Shown piece after piece: positions 1-12,958 of a stretch of 64,000 nucleotides of DNA (positions within the stretch are counted from its first letter, which is position 1; the number at the start of each line of letters is the position of its first letter). Source of the stretch: Camelus dromedarius. Its lineage: Eukaryota. The translations under genes and the position numbers were made by a program. Under the pieces are notes generated by a model that was not told where the DNA came from, searched no databases, and saw only the letters and a list, made by a program, of their open reading frames with translations. The stretch is from assembly GCF_036321535.1 (NCBI RefSeq), contig NC_087436.1, positions 91,638,001 through 91,702,000 on the forward strand. Direction: 5' to 3'.

Positions 1-22
1 AGCAAAGCTACAGAAAGACAAA

Positions 23-390
23 TGTCGTTAGTCTGCTAGGGCTGCTATAAAAAATACCACAGACTGGATGGGTCATAAGCAGAAAATAATTTCTCACTTC
101 TCTGGAGCCTGGGAAGTCCATGATCAAGACACAAGCACAGCTGCCTCTGGTGAGAGCCTTCTTTGTGGTTCATAGCCGATGCCTTCTCCCTGAGTCCTCA
201 GATGTGGAAGGGGTCTAGTGAGCTCTCTCCAGTCTCTTTTATAAGGACACTCATCTCATTCATAAGGCTCTACCCTCATGACCTAAGCATCTCCCAAAGG
301 TCACACCTTCTAACACCATAATTGGGGAGAGGGGGAGTTAGGATTTCAACATATGAAATTTAAGGGTACACAAACAGTTAAACCATAGCA
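23..390 (-). mobile_element. MaLR solo LTR, MLT1A-like
   Basis: TG...CA termini; 'gttagtctgctagggctgctataa...ataccacagactgg' and 'ggatttcaacatatgaa...accatagca' match the reverse complement of the recalled MLT1A/B consensus. Confidence 0.85.
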
Positions 391-419
391 ACAGTTATCC
401 CTAATACTAAGGACTTGTA

Positions 420-1030
420 GGTGACTGACAGATTGGGAGAGAAATATTTTCAATAAATAAAAACATTATGAAATAATATTTAAAATAGACAAAGAATTTC
501 TGTAAATCAACAACAGCAACAAAAATGACAGGAAAACCAGTATAAAAGGAGAAATAGAATATAAAACCAGAAGTTTTAGAAGGAGAAATGCACAGGGTTA
601 GCCTTACTAGCAATTAGAGAAAATAAAACTAAAATAACTAGATAAGACTCCCTTGCCCATTAGATTGGTAAAAAGATAAATTTTTTAAACAGGTTGGTAA
701 TACGAATCATTGATGAGAACACAGGATAATAGGAATCTACATGCACTGATGGCAAGAGTATAATGGAGTGAAGGCATTATATAGTGAAATCTCACAGTAT
801 TCAGAGAAATTGATTGCATGTAAATTCTACCATTCACCAAGACTACTCTTGGCTATGGGTACCAGAGGAAATTTTGCCCACATCTACCGGGGAGTTCATA
901 TGAGGATATCCATCAATATGAGATTTTAGTAGTTGAGATTTAAAGTCATCTAGGTATCCATTAGTAGGCATGTGGATGAATAAAATTTCATAGATGCATA
1001 CCATTGAGTAGTTGCAGAGAAGCCTACTCA
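420..1030 (+). mobile_element. Ancient L1ME-type LINE-1 fragment (ORF2 3' region)
   Basis: Degenerate L1 3' motifs 'ttactagcaattagagaaa', 'cccattagattggtaaaa', 'tggatgaataaa'; boundaries approximate. Confidence 0.65.
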
Positions 1031-3344
1031 AAACAGTCAAATATAAAACAGAACTGATTAAACAATTTATCTTCTTTATTATTATTTCCACCAAAAATTG
1101 AAGCTGAAAATATTGCTTGGCCCTTAAAAGTATTATTTAATGTCATAAAGGACAAGTATATTGAAATTAAAAAAACATTTTTAAGTATTCCCTTTCAGTG
1201 GTTCAAATTTCTTCCAACATCCTGAATGTCAGTATCCAGATTTGACAAAACAAAAATTTGCAAATGCATAACATAAGCCATTGTTACAAAATTTAGTTTT
1301 TGATTGAGTCTAAACATTATTTTATAGGTGTTCAACCCATTTTGATTACTAATCTGCTGTATCAAAGGCACACTCAGAAAGAGCAGGTATTCATTCATTT
1401 TAATCCTATTTTTCTAAAAATAGGTGGATTTTGATATCACAATAATCTACCCGAAACACAAAATATGTAGGTGACTCTTCTCAAACGCACTCCTGTTACC
1501 CATTGGACCAAAAGCCCCAAGTCAGGCGTCCCTTGGACCAGGAAGGCTCAATAATCAAGAGGCTGTATATAGCTGTGAAATGTATGTGTACAGGGTGGTC
1601 AGTTTCACACGTGCACATCTCCATCTTAAAGAAACATTTGTCCACAATTGTTCAATATTTCATCCTTCTGTCATACTAGTCTGAGGAAGCTATTCACTAC
1701 ATAGAAGGCAGTATGCCATAGATTATTCCAAAGTAGCTCTGGTATGGCAAAATGGCAAAGTAGAAAACGGTAGGTCCTCTTCTTTCAAGATTTGTCTTCT
1801 TTCCACATTCTCATGCCTATAACAGCATCCCATTCACTTGCCCTGCTTATTCTCTTTGCTAGGCATCTTTGACCCAACTCACTTTTTTAAAATTAAAGTT
1901 TTAGGTTTGAGGAGGCCATGGGAAAATCTAGAGTACGAAGACTTGAAACTCATAAATTGGTTTATTTCTACTTCGGTACAGGTCCTAAGTCACAGGACAA
2001 GCTATAGTTTATGGGAGGAATTCAAGATGTGGTGGTGAATGGGCTTAATTAGTTTGATGACTGCTGACAGGTGGTCACTGAGTAGCTGATTACCCTCTGG
2101 AAAGACCAGCAAAGAATGTATGTTCCAAGAGTTGAAGGACCATGGATTAACAAATCTATGGATTGCAAATCCAGGAGTGGGCCATGTACAGAAGCCCAGG
2201 TCAGCAAGCTGGGAGTCAATTTTCGAAAGGTCTCAGAAGCAGAATCTAAGTCATAGGGCCAGAGATCAGTGGAAAATTCTAGCCCAGAGAAATTAAGGAA
2301 TTAAGGAAACATGGCAATCTTACAATAGGGCTGGCCAAAGCAAGACAGGATGACAATTTATTAGGCATATATTTCAGGCAAGAATTTAGAAATATCAGAA
2401 CTGAGAGCCGTCACTGAAAACCAATGTTTTAATCAGATGAGCATAAATGTATGAGGTCCAGAATACATACCATTGCCATGGAGTATACTTGCCTATTGGA
2501 TGTATAACGTCTGCTGTACAAAGCTTGACAGGGACAAATGCCACTAGATCTGCTTAAGTACCTGGCATTCGTAATTATAAATGAGTGGAAAGAAGGAATA
2601 ACATATGAGGTTAACTATATGGTGAGACACTTGAAGTATTGATTAAAAATTTCCTTTCCATACTAAACCAAGGGCATGGTGATTTCCAAAGTGCTGATTA
2701 TCTTGAATTTACAGTTTAGGGTCAAGGAGGCCAGTTATGTGAACCACCAATCAATCAGGGCTTCAAAACCACTGACTGATAAGATGTTACAAGAAAATGA
2801 CTTCCTGATATGTTGCATTTTAATAAGGGAAATATTCAGTACTCCAGGAAATTAATCGTTCAAGTTAGAACTATCAGAAAGTGATAAAGATACTTATGGG
2901 CAGGAAATCTTATCAAGAAACTTAATATGTATTCAGCATAGATAATTATTTCCTAGGTGTAAAGTTAAGTTTGTCACGTATCTTACTATATGAATAAAAA
3001 CAAACAGAATTGGGACTTTCCCTTATATTCAGTCTTTTTATTACAAACACACAGAAAATTTAATACCAATTCTTCATTCCAATTTGAACCAGAGTCTATC
3101 ACAAACGCCATGAATTAGTTGGCTTTCTGTCTTCTGTCATATTTTAAACTAAACTGCTTCCTCAATTTTGTACACATACTTTTAAAAATGTTCCTATATT
3201 ACCTTGTATTACAATTATACATATATGTTTGTATCCTCAGCCAGAACATGATCTTTTAGAGTATAAAAAGGTTTTATATTGAATTGATTATTCAGTTGCA
3301 TAATTGAAAAAAACTTGTAATTCTTCTCTACTTTCTTAGTAAGT

Positions 3345-3530
3345 AGTATGCTAGTATTTGGTTCTCCAAAGGAAACAAAAAATGATATAAGGTGTTTGCC
3401 AATTTCTGAGATAAAAGTATTCCATCATGTCCTATTTAGAGTGATTACCAAGGCTTTTACTGAACTGAATACAGAGTTGGGAAGGTTACTTCTGTAACCT
3501 TCTGTAAGATCTGGTTCCAGCACTCCACTC
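3345..3530 (-). mobile_element. MER63A-like hAT-Blackjack MITE
   Basis: 'gtttgccaatttc...gagttgggaag...ggttccagcactccact' resembles the MER63 core and terminal repeat. Confidence 0.55.
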
Positions 3531-3720
3531 TTAATTAAAATAAGACATCTTGAGTCCTCATCATGTGTTGAACATCATTCCTTGCACATCATTTATTCAC
3601 TAAGTATCTGAACTGTATATTATTCAGCTCTATTCAGTTTACTAATGAATTTAAATCTCAAGCAAAAAAATACACTTCAGAAAAAGTCTGAGAAAGCAGA
3701 ATTTTAAGGAAAAAAATCAG

Positions 3721-3935
3721 AGGCAGTGTAGTATTATGGCTACATAAAAAATCTCCAGACTTCAACTGCCAGAATTTGAATATTTGTTCAAATATTTAAG
3801 AGCTATGTGATCTTGGTCAAAAGACTTGTAATGAGAGTAATTACAGCTTTTGTACCACAGGATTGCGGTGGGGACTGAATATTTGAAGTCCTTGGCATAG
3901 TACCTAACACATAGTAAGCAATCCATAATTGTTAC
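3721..3935 (+). mobile_element. MIR SINE
   Basis: 'aggcagtgtagt...gctatgtgatcttgg...gcatagtacctaacacatagtaagc' matches MIR head, core and tail. Confidence 0.75.
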
Positions 3936-4129
3936 ATAATTTATTTGACTTTAATATCATAACTAGAGGCACATCTAGGAGTCATACACTGCAGAGATTT
4001 CCTGCTTCAATTACAAGAAGGTTGGGATCACTGGTTAAGCAGGAATAAGGATTTCAAGGGAAGTCCCTTTCTGAGTGGGAGAAATCCATATTTTAGAAAA
4101 GTGTTTAATCAGAATCATAAAAGTTTTAC

Positions 4130-4585
4130 TTAAGGTCGAATGAAGATTCTGCTGCTGCATTCAAGATAATAAGTAATGGAGGTATTTACAAGAAACAAAG
4201 TTTGTTTCTTTCTTATCTAATAGCCTGAGTTTATTCAATCCAAGACTGATATAATGGGGTAGCAAGTGCCTTCTAATTCCTTGCATCCTTAAGATATTGC
4301 CCTTGTCTACATGGTCTAACGTGGCTCACTACCAAATCCATACAGAGAAGCTTCAAGAAGGCAAACAAAGAGCAAAAACTGGGCAGGATGAAGAAGTCAC
4401 ATAAATTAAGCCAAACTCATGTCTCATTGGTGAGAACATATTTATATGGGCACATCCAGGGTGGCAAATAGTCTAGACACATGAACGCTATTCTGGGGCA
4501 GTCATGCATTCAGCTAAAATGTCCGGCGTCCATTATTAAGGAAAGAAGAGAAGAATGGGTATGAGCAGTAGAAGTCTTTGCCAGA
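4130..4585 (-). mobile_element. Old MaLR LTR (MLT1J/K-like)
   Basis: 'tctcattggtgagaac...ctggggcagtcatgcattcagctaaaat...aaggaaagaagagaagaatgg' is typical of old MLT1; boundaries approximate. Confidence 0.6.
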
Positions 4586-6569
4586 TGTCCAGATGTTCTC
4601 ATCGGCAGTGACGCCTTCCTTTTGCTTGTGGGAAAATCGGTCAGATGGGGTGGGGGCGGAGGAGTCTGTGAAAGGTGAAAGGGTATTCCATCCTCTGGGA
4701 GATGATCTGAATAATAGCCTAATTCCTCTCATTTTCTTTCCAAAGAAACTTCAGAACTGTGGTAATCCCTCATTATACTATTTTAGATGCTGTAACCATT
4801 TTGCCTTAGTTACTATTCCAACTTTAAATGCAATTTATACATCCTGGGTTGATAATGTAGCTGAATCCGTTCAGGTGAAGTGGGAGCTCTCACCCCTCAG
4901 AGAGTAATGAACCTTATCGCAGGCATAATCCGGCTGGTTCAGGCACGTTAGCTATTAGCAGATGTTCCTTTAGGCTGAAAGACTGACAGCTCGCCTTGAT
5001 TCCACTTATTCTGGTTGGTTGGTTGGTTGGTTTAATTTTTAGCAATGCCTAAAGATGCTGTCTTCAGAGAGACATCACAGATAAGGAAATGAGATCCACA
5101 GAAATGTATCAATAAAATACACATATTTTTTTCAGTCATGATATGAGACAAATATTTTACGTGTTTCAGAATATATAGCTGAGGGGCCAGATTTCACAGT
5201 ACCTGAATTGAAGATGTTTAAAGCACAAGCAGCTTGCCTTAGAATCAGTGTCGAGATTTTGAGCTGCTTTGAAAGAAGAGAAGAAAAGTTTATCTTAATT
5301 TGTAATTTATTTCTTATTTGTTTTGCTTTGTTCTTAAAGCTCTTAAACTTATTTTTTAACCCAAGCTCTGTCAAAGAATATCTTTAGAAAATAAATATAC
5401 TCTTTTATTAATAAGTAATGTCTTTAAACATGGGGACTCGTTTACAATTAACCAGTTATTTCATAAGCAAGCTGTTAGCCATGTGAAATTACCTAATAAA
5501 CAAAAAATCATTGTTCTGAAATTAGAAAAAATTCAGATAACTCTATGTTTCTTCATAATTCTAGAAATCTTTCTACTTTTCATAGGCTATAAGGATAATG
5601 ATCTTCTGATTTGAGGCTGTAGCTAAACTGAGTACAGAGGATGATCTAAATCAGACGCATCTCCATTCCTAACCCTTTTGTATGTAGTGACTGAGGCTTG
5701 GAGAGATCTGAATAAAGAGCACGTGCTTTACATATTTAAAAAAAGCATAGGATGCATTCCTAAAGAAATGTTCCAGTATCATAAATATAAAGTTCAGGAA
5801 AAAATACCTATTTGTGTATTAACTATCTCCTCAGTGTTTTACCCTCATTGTTTTTCCTGCATACTTTTCATATGACCATGATTTTAATAACAGTCTCTGA
5901 AGATAGAATAGAAAGATAATTCTGTATTTATTCTTGTATGGTTGAGCAAACTTTTATTTTGTTTTTTACTAAATGTGAAGTTTTTAAAAGTTTCTTTTAA
6001 ACTTATGAATTGTTTTCAGTAGTGTTTGGAGATATTCAGGATTGTTATCAAATATGCAAAAATATCAGTTTTTTTTCATGTATTAATTATAAGATTTGGA
6101 ACATTTTTCCAAAGATAGATTTCAATATTTTAACTTTTTTGCTCCTTTTAAACCTTGCTGTTTCTTCTTTACCTATATACTTCCTGTCTCAGGTGTCTAG
6201 AAATATATCTATACAGTGTCACTTCTGGCCCGGTGCCTCTTTGTTTTGAAAACAGGTAAATTGACGCAGAGGTAGTTGGAGGATTTCTGGAAGCCATTTC
6301 TACAGTTGCAAGGCTAGGAAAGACTTAACTATACCAGAAAGGGACTATGAGCCATAAAAAATCCCATGAAAAACCCCTGAAATTATTCCTAATTCAATTT
6401 CTACTTAACTGAGTTCCCAAAAAAAATGGCAGTGGCATCTCCAATATACCCATCAGGATGGGAAGGAAAATTAGAGAGAAAAAAGAATTCTTAATGAGTG
6501 TGATTAAAAAAAAATTACTTTTTCAAATTTTTCAGAAACTGTGACTTCTAAACATATTGGTATTTCCCT

Positions 6570-7768
6570 CCCAAGGCCATGGAAGTCACTCATGCCAGAG
6601 AGGGACTAGAGACATAAGCTTTATGAATAGTTGGAGGCACATGCATCTCCAGGGAAGAAATTGTAAGTGGGAGAGGAGAAAGTTTGGCATATTTATTTCC
6701 TCCCAGCATCCTCTCTGCTTGACGGTGTGGCTTCTGGCAGTTGCTGTGTCCTTCTCCACGGTCACTCTTGTTGGATGGCTCCTCTTTCCCATTTCCAGTT
6801 CTCTCTGGAAAGAGAAGCTGTGTTACTGAACCAAACTTGGATCCACTTGTCTGCACGCAGTAAAGCCAATCTACTGACAGTGGGTTGTGGTCAAGGGAAG
6901 TGTAGCATTTATTGCAGGGCACCAAGCAAAGAGTTTAGGTAGCTAGTGCTTAAAAGACCCGAACTTCCCCAAGGCTTTTAAGGAAAGGTTTTTAAAGACA
7001 GGGTAAGAGAGGAGGGTTGTGATGTGTGTGATCAGCTCATTGACTTTTTTTTTTTTTTTTCTGATTGGTTGATGGTGAGGTAATCGGGAGTCAACATTAT
7101 CAACCTTTTGGTTTTAACTGGTCTGGAGTCTATGTGTTTGTGGGCAGCATACAGTTACCTTTTTCCACCTAGAAGGGGTTTCCAGTATCACCAAACAGCT
7201 CAAAGGGTATAGCTCAGAGTATTATCTCTAGCCCTTGAGGAGAAACAAAAAGTCCTTGACTTTGTTTAATGGCTAAACTATTATTATGTTGTCTTGCTTG
7301 ACTGTTTTCCTGTCTCTCTGCATTTTCTCACTTCCCTGTACTCTTTGGAACTCGGGGAGGTCTAGAAGACTAAAGTTTTTCTACCTGCAAGAAGCAGGCA
7401 AAGGACATGGTTTTGGGGGAGTGGCCTGTTCTGGGAAGGCCCCACAGGGTCCTGCTTGGTTACAATTGGGTATTTATGACTCGGGCTGCAGGTGGGCTGT
7501 GGCTATGGTTCTCCACCTAAGGGCCCTGAGCTTGCAGGGTGGCCTTTCTCCTAACAGCCCAGCTGTCACTGCAGTAACACCTTCTTCCCTTGCCCACTCA
7601 GACCTAAGTGTGATGATGACATCCTGCTTTTGCTGATTTCTGGATGCTTCGACATCTCTTCTTGATTCTTTTGATTCCACTCACTCCTCCATAAGGAGTC
7701 CCTTCATTAAGATATCTTAAATCATCTGAGTTAGAGACTACTTCCAGCAACAGCCAGATCAATAACAG
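6570..7768 (+). mobile_element. ERVL LTR33/LTR16-group LTR, interrupted by a younger ERV1 LTR
   Basis: 3' part 'ttcccttgcccactcagacctaagtgtg...agtcccttcattaa...aataaca' resembles the LTR33 3' end; 5' part lies at about 6570-6820. Confidence 0.6.
6821..7464 (-). mobile_element. ERV1-class solo LTR (cetartiodactyl-type)
   Basis: 644 bp with inverted termini tgttactgaacc...cttggttaca; minus-strand AATAAA (tttatt near 6908) and CCAAT box (attgg near 7064). Confidence 0.85.
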
Positions 7769-7779
7769 ACAAGGGATTT

Positions 7780-7890
7780 TAATCTTCTTAAGCATCAGTT
7801 GCTTTATCTGTAAAATGGACAAAATAAGATCTATTTCATAGATGTGTTATGAAGATGACATGAAACAATGCATGCTAAATACACCCCATT
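7780..7890 (+). mobile_element. MIR fragment
   Basis: MIR core 'catcagttgctttatctgtaaaatgg...atttcatagatgtgttatgaag'. Confidence 0.7.
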
Positions 7891-8894
7891 ATTTAATGTG
7901 TACTATTTGATTTTCTTCCTTTCAGGAAAAATAAAAAAAATTCATTTAAGCACACAGACAGAGAACCTCAAGTATCCAGTATAATCTAATGTCAACTATA
8001 TAATACTTCCTATGTCATTTTTTAAAAAAAATACTATTATGATAGTATTAATGTAACAATGCTTTTATAAAATAAAACACTCATGAGTTCTCAGAAAAAG
8101 AAAAGTAAATCAAAATCTTGCAAATCTTGCTTTTATTATTAGATTAAATGTATATGCAATTACATTATAATAAATATAATCATAAAGAACACAATAGAAA
8201 AAAAACAATTAAAAAAAAAAACCAGCACACTCATGGAAAGTGAGTGCACTGGCAACTAATATGGACTAAACTTATCCTGCTGAGGACCAGTAACTAACAG
8301 CTGGCAGAACAACCCCACCCCATAGCCCACACATGGAATAGCATTGAATTGCAGCATTTTTTATTCTGCATATAGTATTTCATTCTGTTTGAGGGTATTT
8401 GTAAGGATCCACTTCTATGCACGTCAACCAGCCCTCCTCCCTTTCTCTGTCTTCATGTCTTCATTTATTCTATTATTCTGTTTTTTATGTTGGTTAGTTA
8501 TTTTGTAGTAAAATTATCTTGGCAAATTCTCCCAAGCCCAGATTTCTCCTACGTTATTTATTAGAAAGAGTTTATGCCTTTATTCAATGCCAGCTACTAA
8601 CAGCAGATTCTGTGCCTTATCAATATGCAAATCACTTGATGATAAATCAAGAAGGCTCCCAATATGCAAAACAGAGTCTGCTGTCAACACAGTCCCCATA
8701 TTATAGTACTTGATCTTTGGGCATTAGGACAATGGTATACTATTGCACGTTTGCAAAAATCACATGCCTCACCTTCTGACTCAGGTTTCTAATTTAGAAT
8801 TAAGTCTGAGCACTCACAATCATCTTCCTTGTCCAAAGCTAGTTCTGATATTCTCCATCTGATATAGTAAGGAAGAAAGCCAATGTCCAGTGAA

Positions 8895-8896
<2 letters not shown>

Positions 8897-8935
<39 letters not shown>
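8897..8935. repeat. (TG)19 microsatellite
   Basis: Seen directly. Confidence 0.98.
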
Positions 8936-8939
<4 letters not shown>

Positions 8940-9113
8940 CTTCTAAACATCTCCTAGGGAAAATGGAGAAACAGGGCTCACTGGTAGGTTTTAGCCTCTT
9001 AAAGATCAAGGTACTTATTTTTAGTAATAATAGTAATACAAGATTAGATAGGGAGAAGAAAAAGGAAAGATTCTTGAAAGGAAAAGAGAAGTTTCATTTG
9101 AATGCATACAGGG

Positions 9114-9133
9114 AGCGTTGCCATGGGAACGCT
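9114..9133. promoter_or_regulatory. Candidate RFX X-box (GTTGCCATGGGAAC) inside a 20-bp near-perfect palindrome
   Basis: agcgttgccatgggaacgct has 9 of 10 pairs complementary and fits the GTTNCCATGGNAAC consensus; lies in non-repeat sequence. Confidence 0.55.
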
Positions 9134-9797
9134 GTTCCAAAGTGTGAAAAAGAACATTCGTCCCGCCTGTTATTGGGAAGTCCATCACGTGCTGGCAGCT
9201 GCAGAAAACCTGCTCTGATTAGTGCAAAAATTTTAATTTTCCAAAGGGATTGGATATGGTTGAATGGTTTAAATAGTGATAAGGGACCTCCCCCCCCACC
9301 CCCCCCCCACCCCCCGCAAAAAAGCTACAGTCATTATCTAAAATCCTGGTCTTGATGACAGGATTATCTATTACCTTCTCTAATTAGTGTCATTTTCTAA
9401 AAGCCTCCTGTAACTGCTGGAGAGACAAGAAAAATGTGTAAGGACACAGAATCCTTTATAAACCTTTTATTCATTGTTACTTGCCTCAAACCAACTAAAT
9501 TCCATATATATCATATCATATATCATTCATATCAAAGTCTTCTGACTCTCTAGTAGAATTTACAGAAAATTGCATGCAAGTTCTGATATAAATGACAAAT
9601 GCAGTGAATTTTACAGTCTGAAATTCACACCAATAACACAATGTGGACAGAGAATTAGTCTTAAAATCTGCATTAGTCCACAATTGCTAAGTCTTTTATG
9701 CTTTGGAGAAAACAAATTAGTGCCCAATTTTTGTTAATAGAAATGTATTGGAATAATTGCTCCTTCACAGGCAGCAAACGTAATCCTTCATTTGAAT

Positions 9798-10260
9798 ACA
9801 GTTTGGCACAGTTGAGAATGTGAACTGTGGAGCAAGTCTCCCGGGTTTAATCCTTGCTTTACGACCTTGGACGAGTCATTTTGCCTTTTGTTGTCCTATT
9901 TTCTTTGTCTTCAGAATAGAGATTAGGATGAGAGTGAAACTTGATAGGGTTTTGGAGGTCAAAAGTTTTAATCTAGGGATTGCCAAACTTTCTGTATAGG
10001 ACCAGATAGTATATATTTTAGACTTCATCAGCCGTAAAGTCTCTGTGGCAACTGCCGGTCAACTCTGTCACTGTCCTGTTGGAGCAGCGATAGATAATAT
10101 GAAAGTTAACGGGTGTGACTGTGTTTCAATAAAACTTTATTTACAAAAACAAGCCATGGGGCTTGACTTGGCCCATAAGATATAATTTGCCAACCTCTGA
10201 TTATAAAGGGCTGAAAATAGTGCTTAATTCAGAATAAGTGTCAAATTAATGTTAACTATA
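9798..10260 (+). mobile_element. MIR SINE split by MER58A
   Basis: MIR head and core at 9798-9973; tail 'aaatagtgcttaattcagaataagtgtc...aatgttaacta' at 10200-10260. Confidence 0.6.
9974..10199 (+). mobile_element. MER58A hAT-Charlie MITE
   Basis: TIRs tagggattgccaaac / atttgccaacctctg; diagnostic 'tgtgtttcaataaaactttatttacaaaaaca'. Confidence 0.9.
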
Positions 10261-11353
10261 TGAGTTACACTGTAGATTTTTGAGGTTGACTTTTTTCATT
10301 TAAAATGAATAGAACACTAATACCATCCTCAATGTTAGTAATTCAGCTTATTCATAATTAATTCAGGAAGAAATTTTCAAAGCATGCAAAGGACTCAGAA
10401 TTTTGAATTCCTTGATGCCATAAAAAATAACACTAATAAGGAGATACTACTGTGGAGATACTTCTCCTGCAGTCAGAGCAGCACAATCTGCTTGTAAAAC
10501 AGAAGAACTGTGTAAGTAAAATGGAGTGAGCAGAATAAGTCTCTCCATAAAGGTGTTTAATGCACCTTTGTATTACTGGAATGATTTTCAGGAGCAAGAA
10601 TAAGGTGGGCAACAATGGGAACATCTTACCAGTTGAATTAAGATAGAATTAAGACTTTGAAAAAAAATTAACATTTGCTGGGAGAGAAAAATATCATCAA
10701 ACAGTGATCACAGTTGATTATACAAAATAAGCTTTTAGTGCTGCTGATAATTCAACTTGTACCTACCTTTCCTAATCAAAATATGGAAATCGCTTGAAAC
10801 TGTAACCATGAAGTGGCAGGTGGTGAAATTTCAAATGCCTATTTCAATGGGGCTAGTAATATTCTAGCTGTAAAGCTTCAAGATTGAAAGGACTAGGCTG
10901 CCATTGCTTCCCTCCCGGAAGCAGAGTTACAGACTGCTCCTTAATTAGCTAAAATCCAAGCTACCACTTACCAAAGTGGTCATGAAATAACTGTCCGTTT
11001 CTCAAATTATTCAACCCCAAGCCAAAACAATCCTCCAAGTTTCCCTTGCAAATTTATTCATCAAATATGTCAGTTGTGTAACAAGAACAATAATTTAAAA
11101 AGCAAATAAGGATTAACACTAACTAGCACATACTGTTTTTCCTGGAGCAAAATTTACTGACCAATAAAGACCCCCAAAGTAACATCTAGAATGGAAATAT
11201 CTGGAACATTTGTTTTTCTGAATAATTGGATTACAAAGCCCCTGGAAACCTACAATCAATTTGATTTAATTAATTACGGAAATACACAAATTTTTTGTTG
11301 GCTCTGCAAATTTACTTTTAAGTCATCCCATGAACACGCATTGTCCAAAGATT

Positions 11354-11361
11354 TGACGTCA
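11354..11361. promoter_or_regulatory. Full CRE motif TGACGTCA
   Basis: Exact motif within the 10-bp palindrome ttgacgtcaa; function unproven. Confidence 0.3.
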
Positions 11362-12699
11362 AGCTTTTTATACATTGTTTTTTAAGTTGTAGTTTACAAA
11401 TTTTCAGTGATGCTCAGTTACAATGATCATCATGTTACTCTACATGAATAAATTTAGGGCTGCCTCTGAAAACCTGAAAAGCTTACATGTCAGTTTTTAA
11501 GTTCTCAAAGTAACCACTAGTTCTAAAGGAACTATTCCATGTTATTTCATTGCTTGGGTTCTATGAAGTATAATTGTCTCATAATCACATGGCATGGTCC
11601 ACAAAAAGCATATCTCTCTATATACATATATATATATATTCATTAGTATGAATTTACATCCTCTTTCACTTGGGACAGAAACTGTTTATGCCAGTTTCAC
11701 TGACAGATTTCCCTTTGACTCTCAAAAGTACCCCCATTTGGAAAATAATGTAGGTATTTGCACTAACTTTCACTTATTTATTTCTAGATACTGTCAACAA
11801 ACATGCTAGTACCTATCATGTGCCCAGCACTCTCTTAGGCTCTGGGTGTGTTTTGCTTTAATAAGTTTATAAATAAACCTGTATTAATTATGAAAGAGCC
11901 CATACAGGATTCCACTTTCCCCAGGGAATTAAAGCAACAATTACAAGCTATTACTGCTCATAAGTAACTGCCTTGGCTTCTGACACTGAAAGACTTCATT
12001 GGCAAGCTAAGTAGTCCTGCCTGAAATTAGAAAATTAAACAGAAATAATTGTCACAGTTGGGTGGCACACAGCCCTGGGATTAATGTAGCATCAAGGTCT
12101 AGGACAAAATTAAAGATTCCCAGACTTTTGCACAGCTCTGATGTTTGAGCCACCAGGCATTACATATTAATATGAAGTCCCAAACAGGAATATAGATAAA
12201 GTTGTGCTTCTAACACAGAAGGAAATGAAATTAAATTCAATTTTACTAACCAAGACAGGATGGTGATGGGCAAAGTTGGAACAAGGTCTTTAAATTTGCC
12301 TTATATGGAAATTGAAATAAGCAGATTGGAAACAATCCAATTAACATTACATAGCACAATGCCTTGTTCATTACGGATTTGCAGGTGGATTTCCAGATCA
12401 ATCTTGGTATGCCATGTGCTTCTTTCCTCGCAAGTTACTTAACTCGATATTTAAAAATATCTTAAAATGGGTTCAGCCAACATGATCCCCATTTTACAGA
12501 TGAGAGAACTAAGGTTTGCAAAGTTAATATATTGATTTTTTTAATGGAAAGAAACTTTACAGGGCAGGTAAACATACAAAATGCAAACTAAAATATACTT
12601 GTTCATCATCTTTCACATTCAGATCTTCAGAATTAAACCTGTTCCCATAGTAACAGTGCTACACCAGTATCTTCACTTCATTCTTCAAAGATTTTATTT

Positions 12700-12958
12700 T
12701 TCCTACCAGCCATGATGGGATCTGGCCTCTTCTGTGCCCTAGGTCTATTCCTTTTGGGTTCAGCTAGATATCCACATGGACTGAAGCCATGATCTTTTTA
12801 TATCCGAATCACAAAAATGGCATCCCATAACTTCCATATTCTATTTGGTAGAAGGTAGTCAATAAGTCCAGCTGACACTCAAGGAGAGGGAATTATATGA
12901 ACGTGTGATACCCAGAAGAAAGGGTCATTGAATACCATGTCAGAGGCTGTCTACTGCG
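12700..12958 (-). mobile_element. MaLR LTR fragment (MLT1G/H-like)
   Basis: 'catattctatttggtagaag...aagtccagctgacactcaaggagagggaatta'. Confidence 0.65.

Noticed and set aside
1500..1624. Possible minus-strand exon (tttctttaag|ATG...TGG|gtaaca) with an open frame
   Set aside because: Weak donor, no recognisable peptide, no partner exons; needs RNA-seq or conservation
4931..4990. Y RNA-like start 'ggctggttc'
   Set aside because: Similarity does not extend past a few bases, and no matching 3' stem or U-tail
6193..6255. Possible 63-nt plus-strand exon with a good polypyrimidine tract and cag|gtaaat donor
   Set aside because: No recognisable protein similarity; such pseudo-exons are common in introns
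8900..9355. 151-aa ORF with CV repeat and polyproline
   Set aside because: Product of the (TG)n microsatellite and a C-run; GTG start inside the repeat; no recognisable domain
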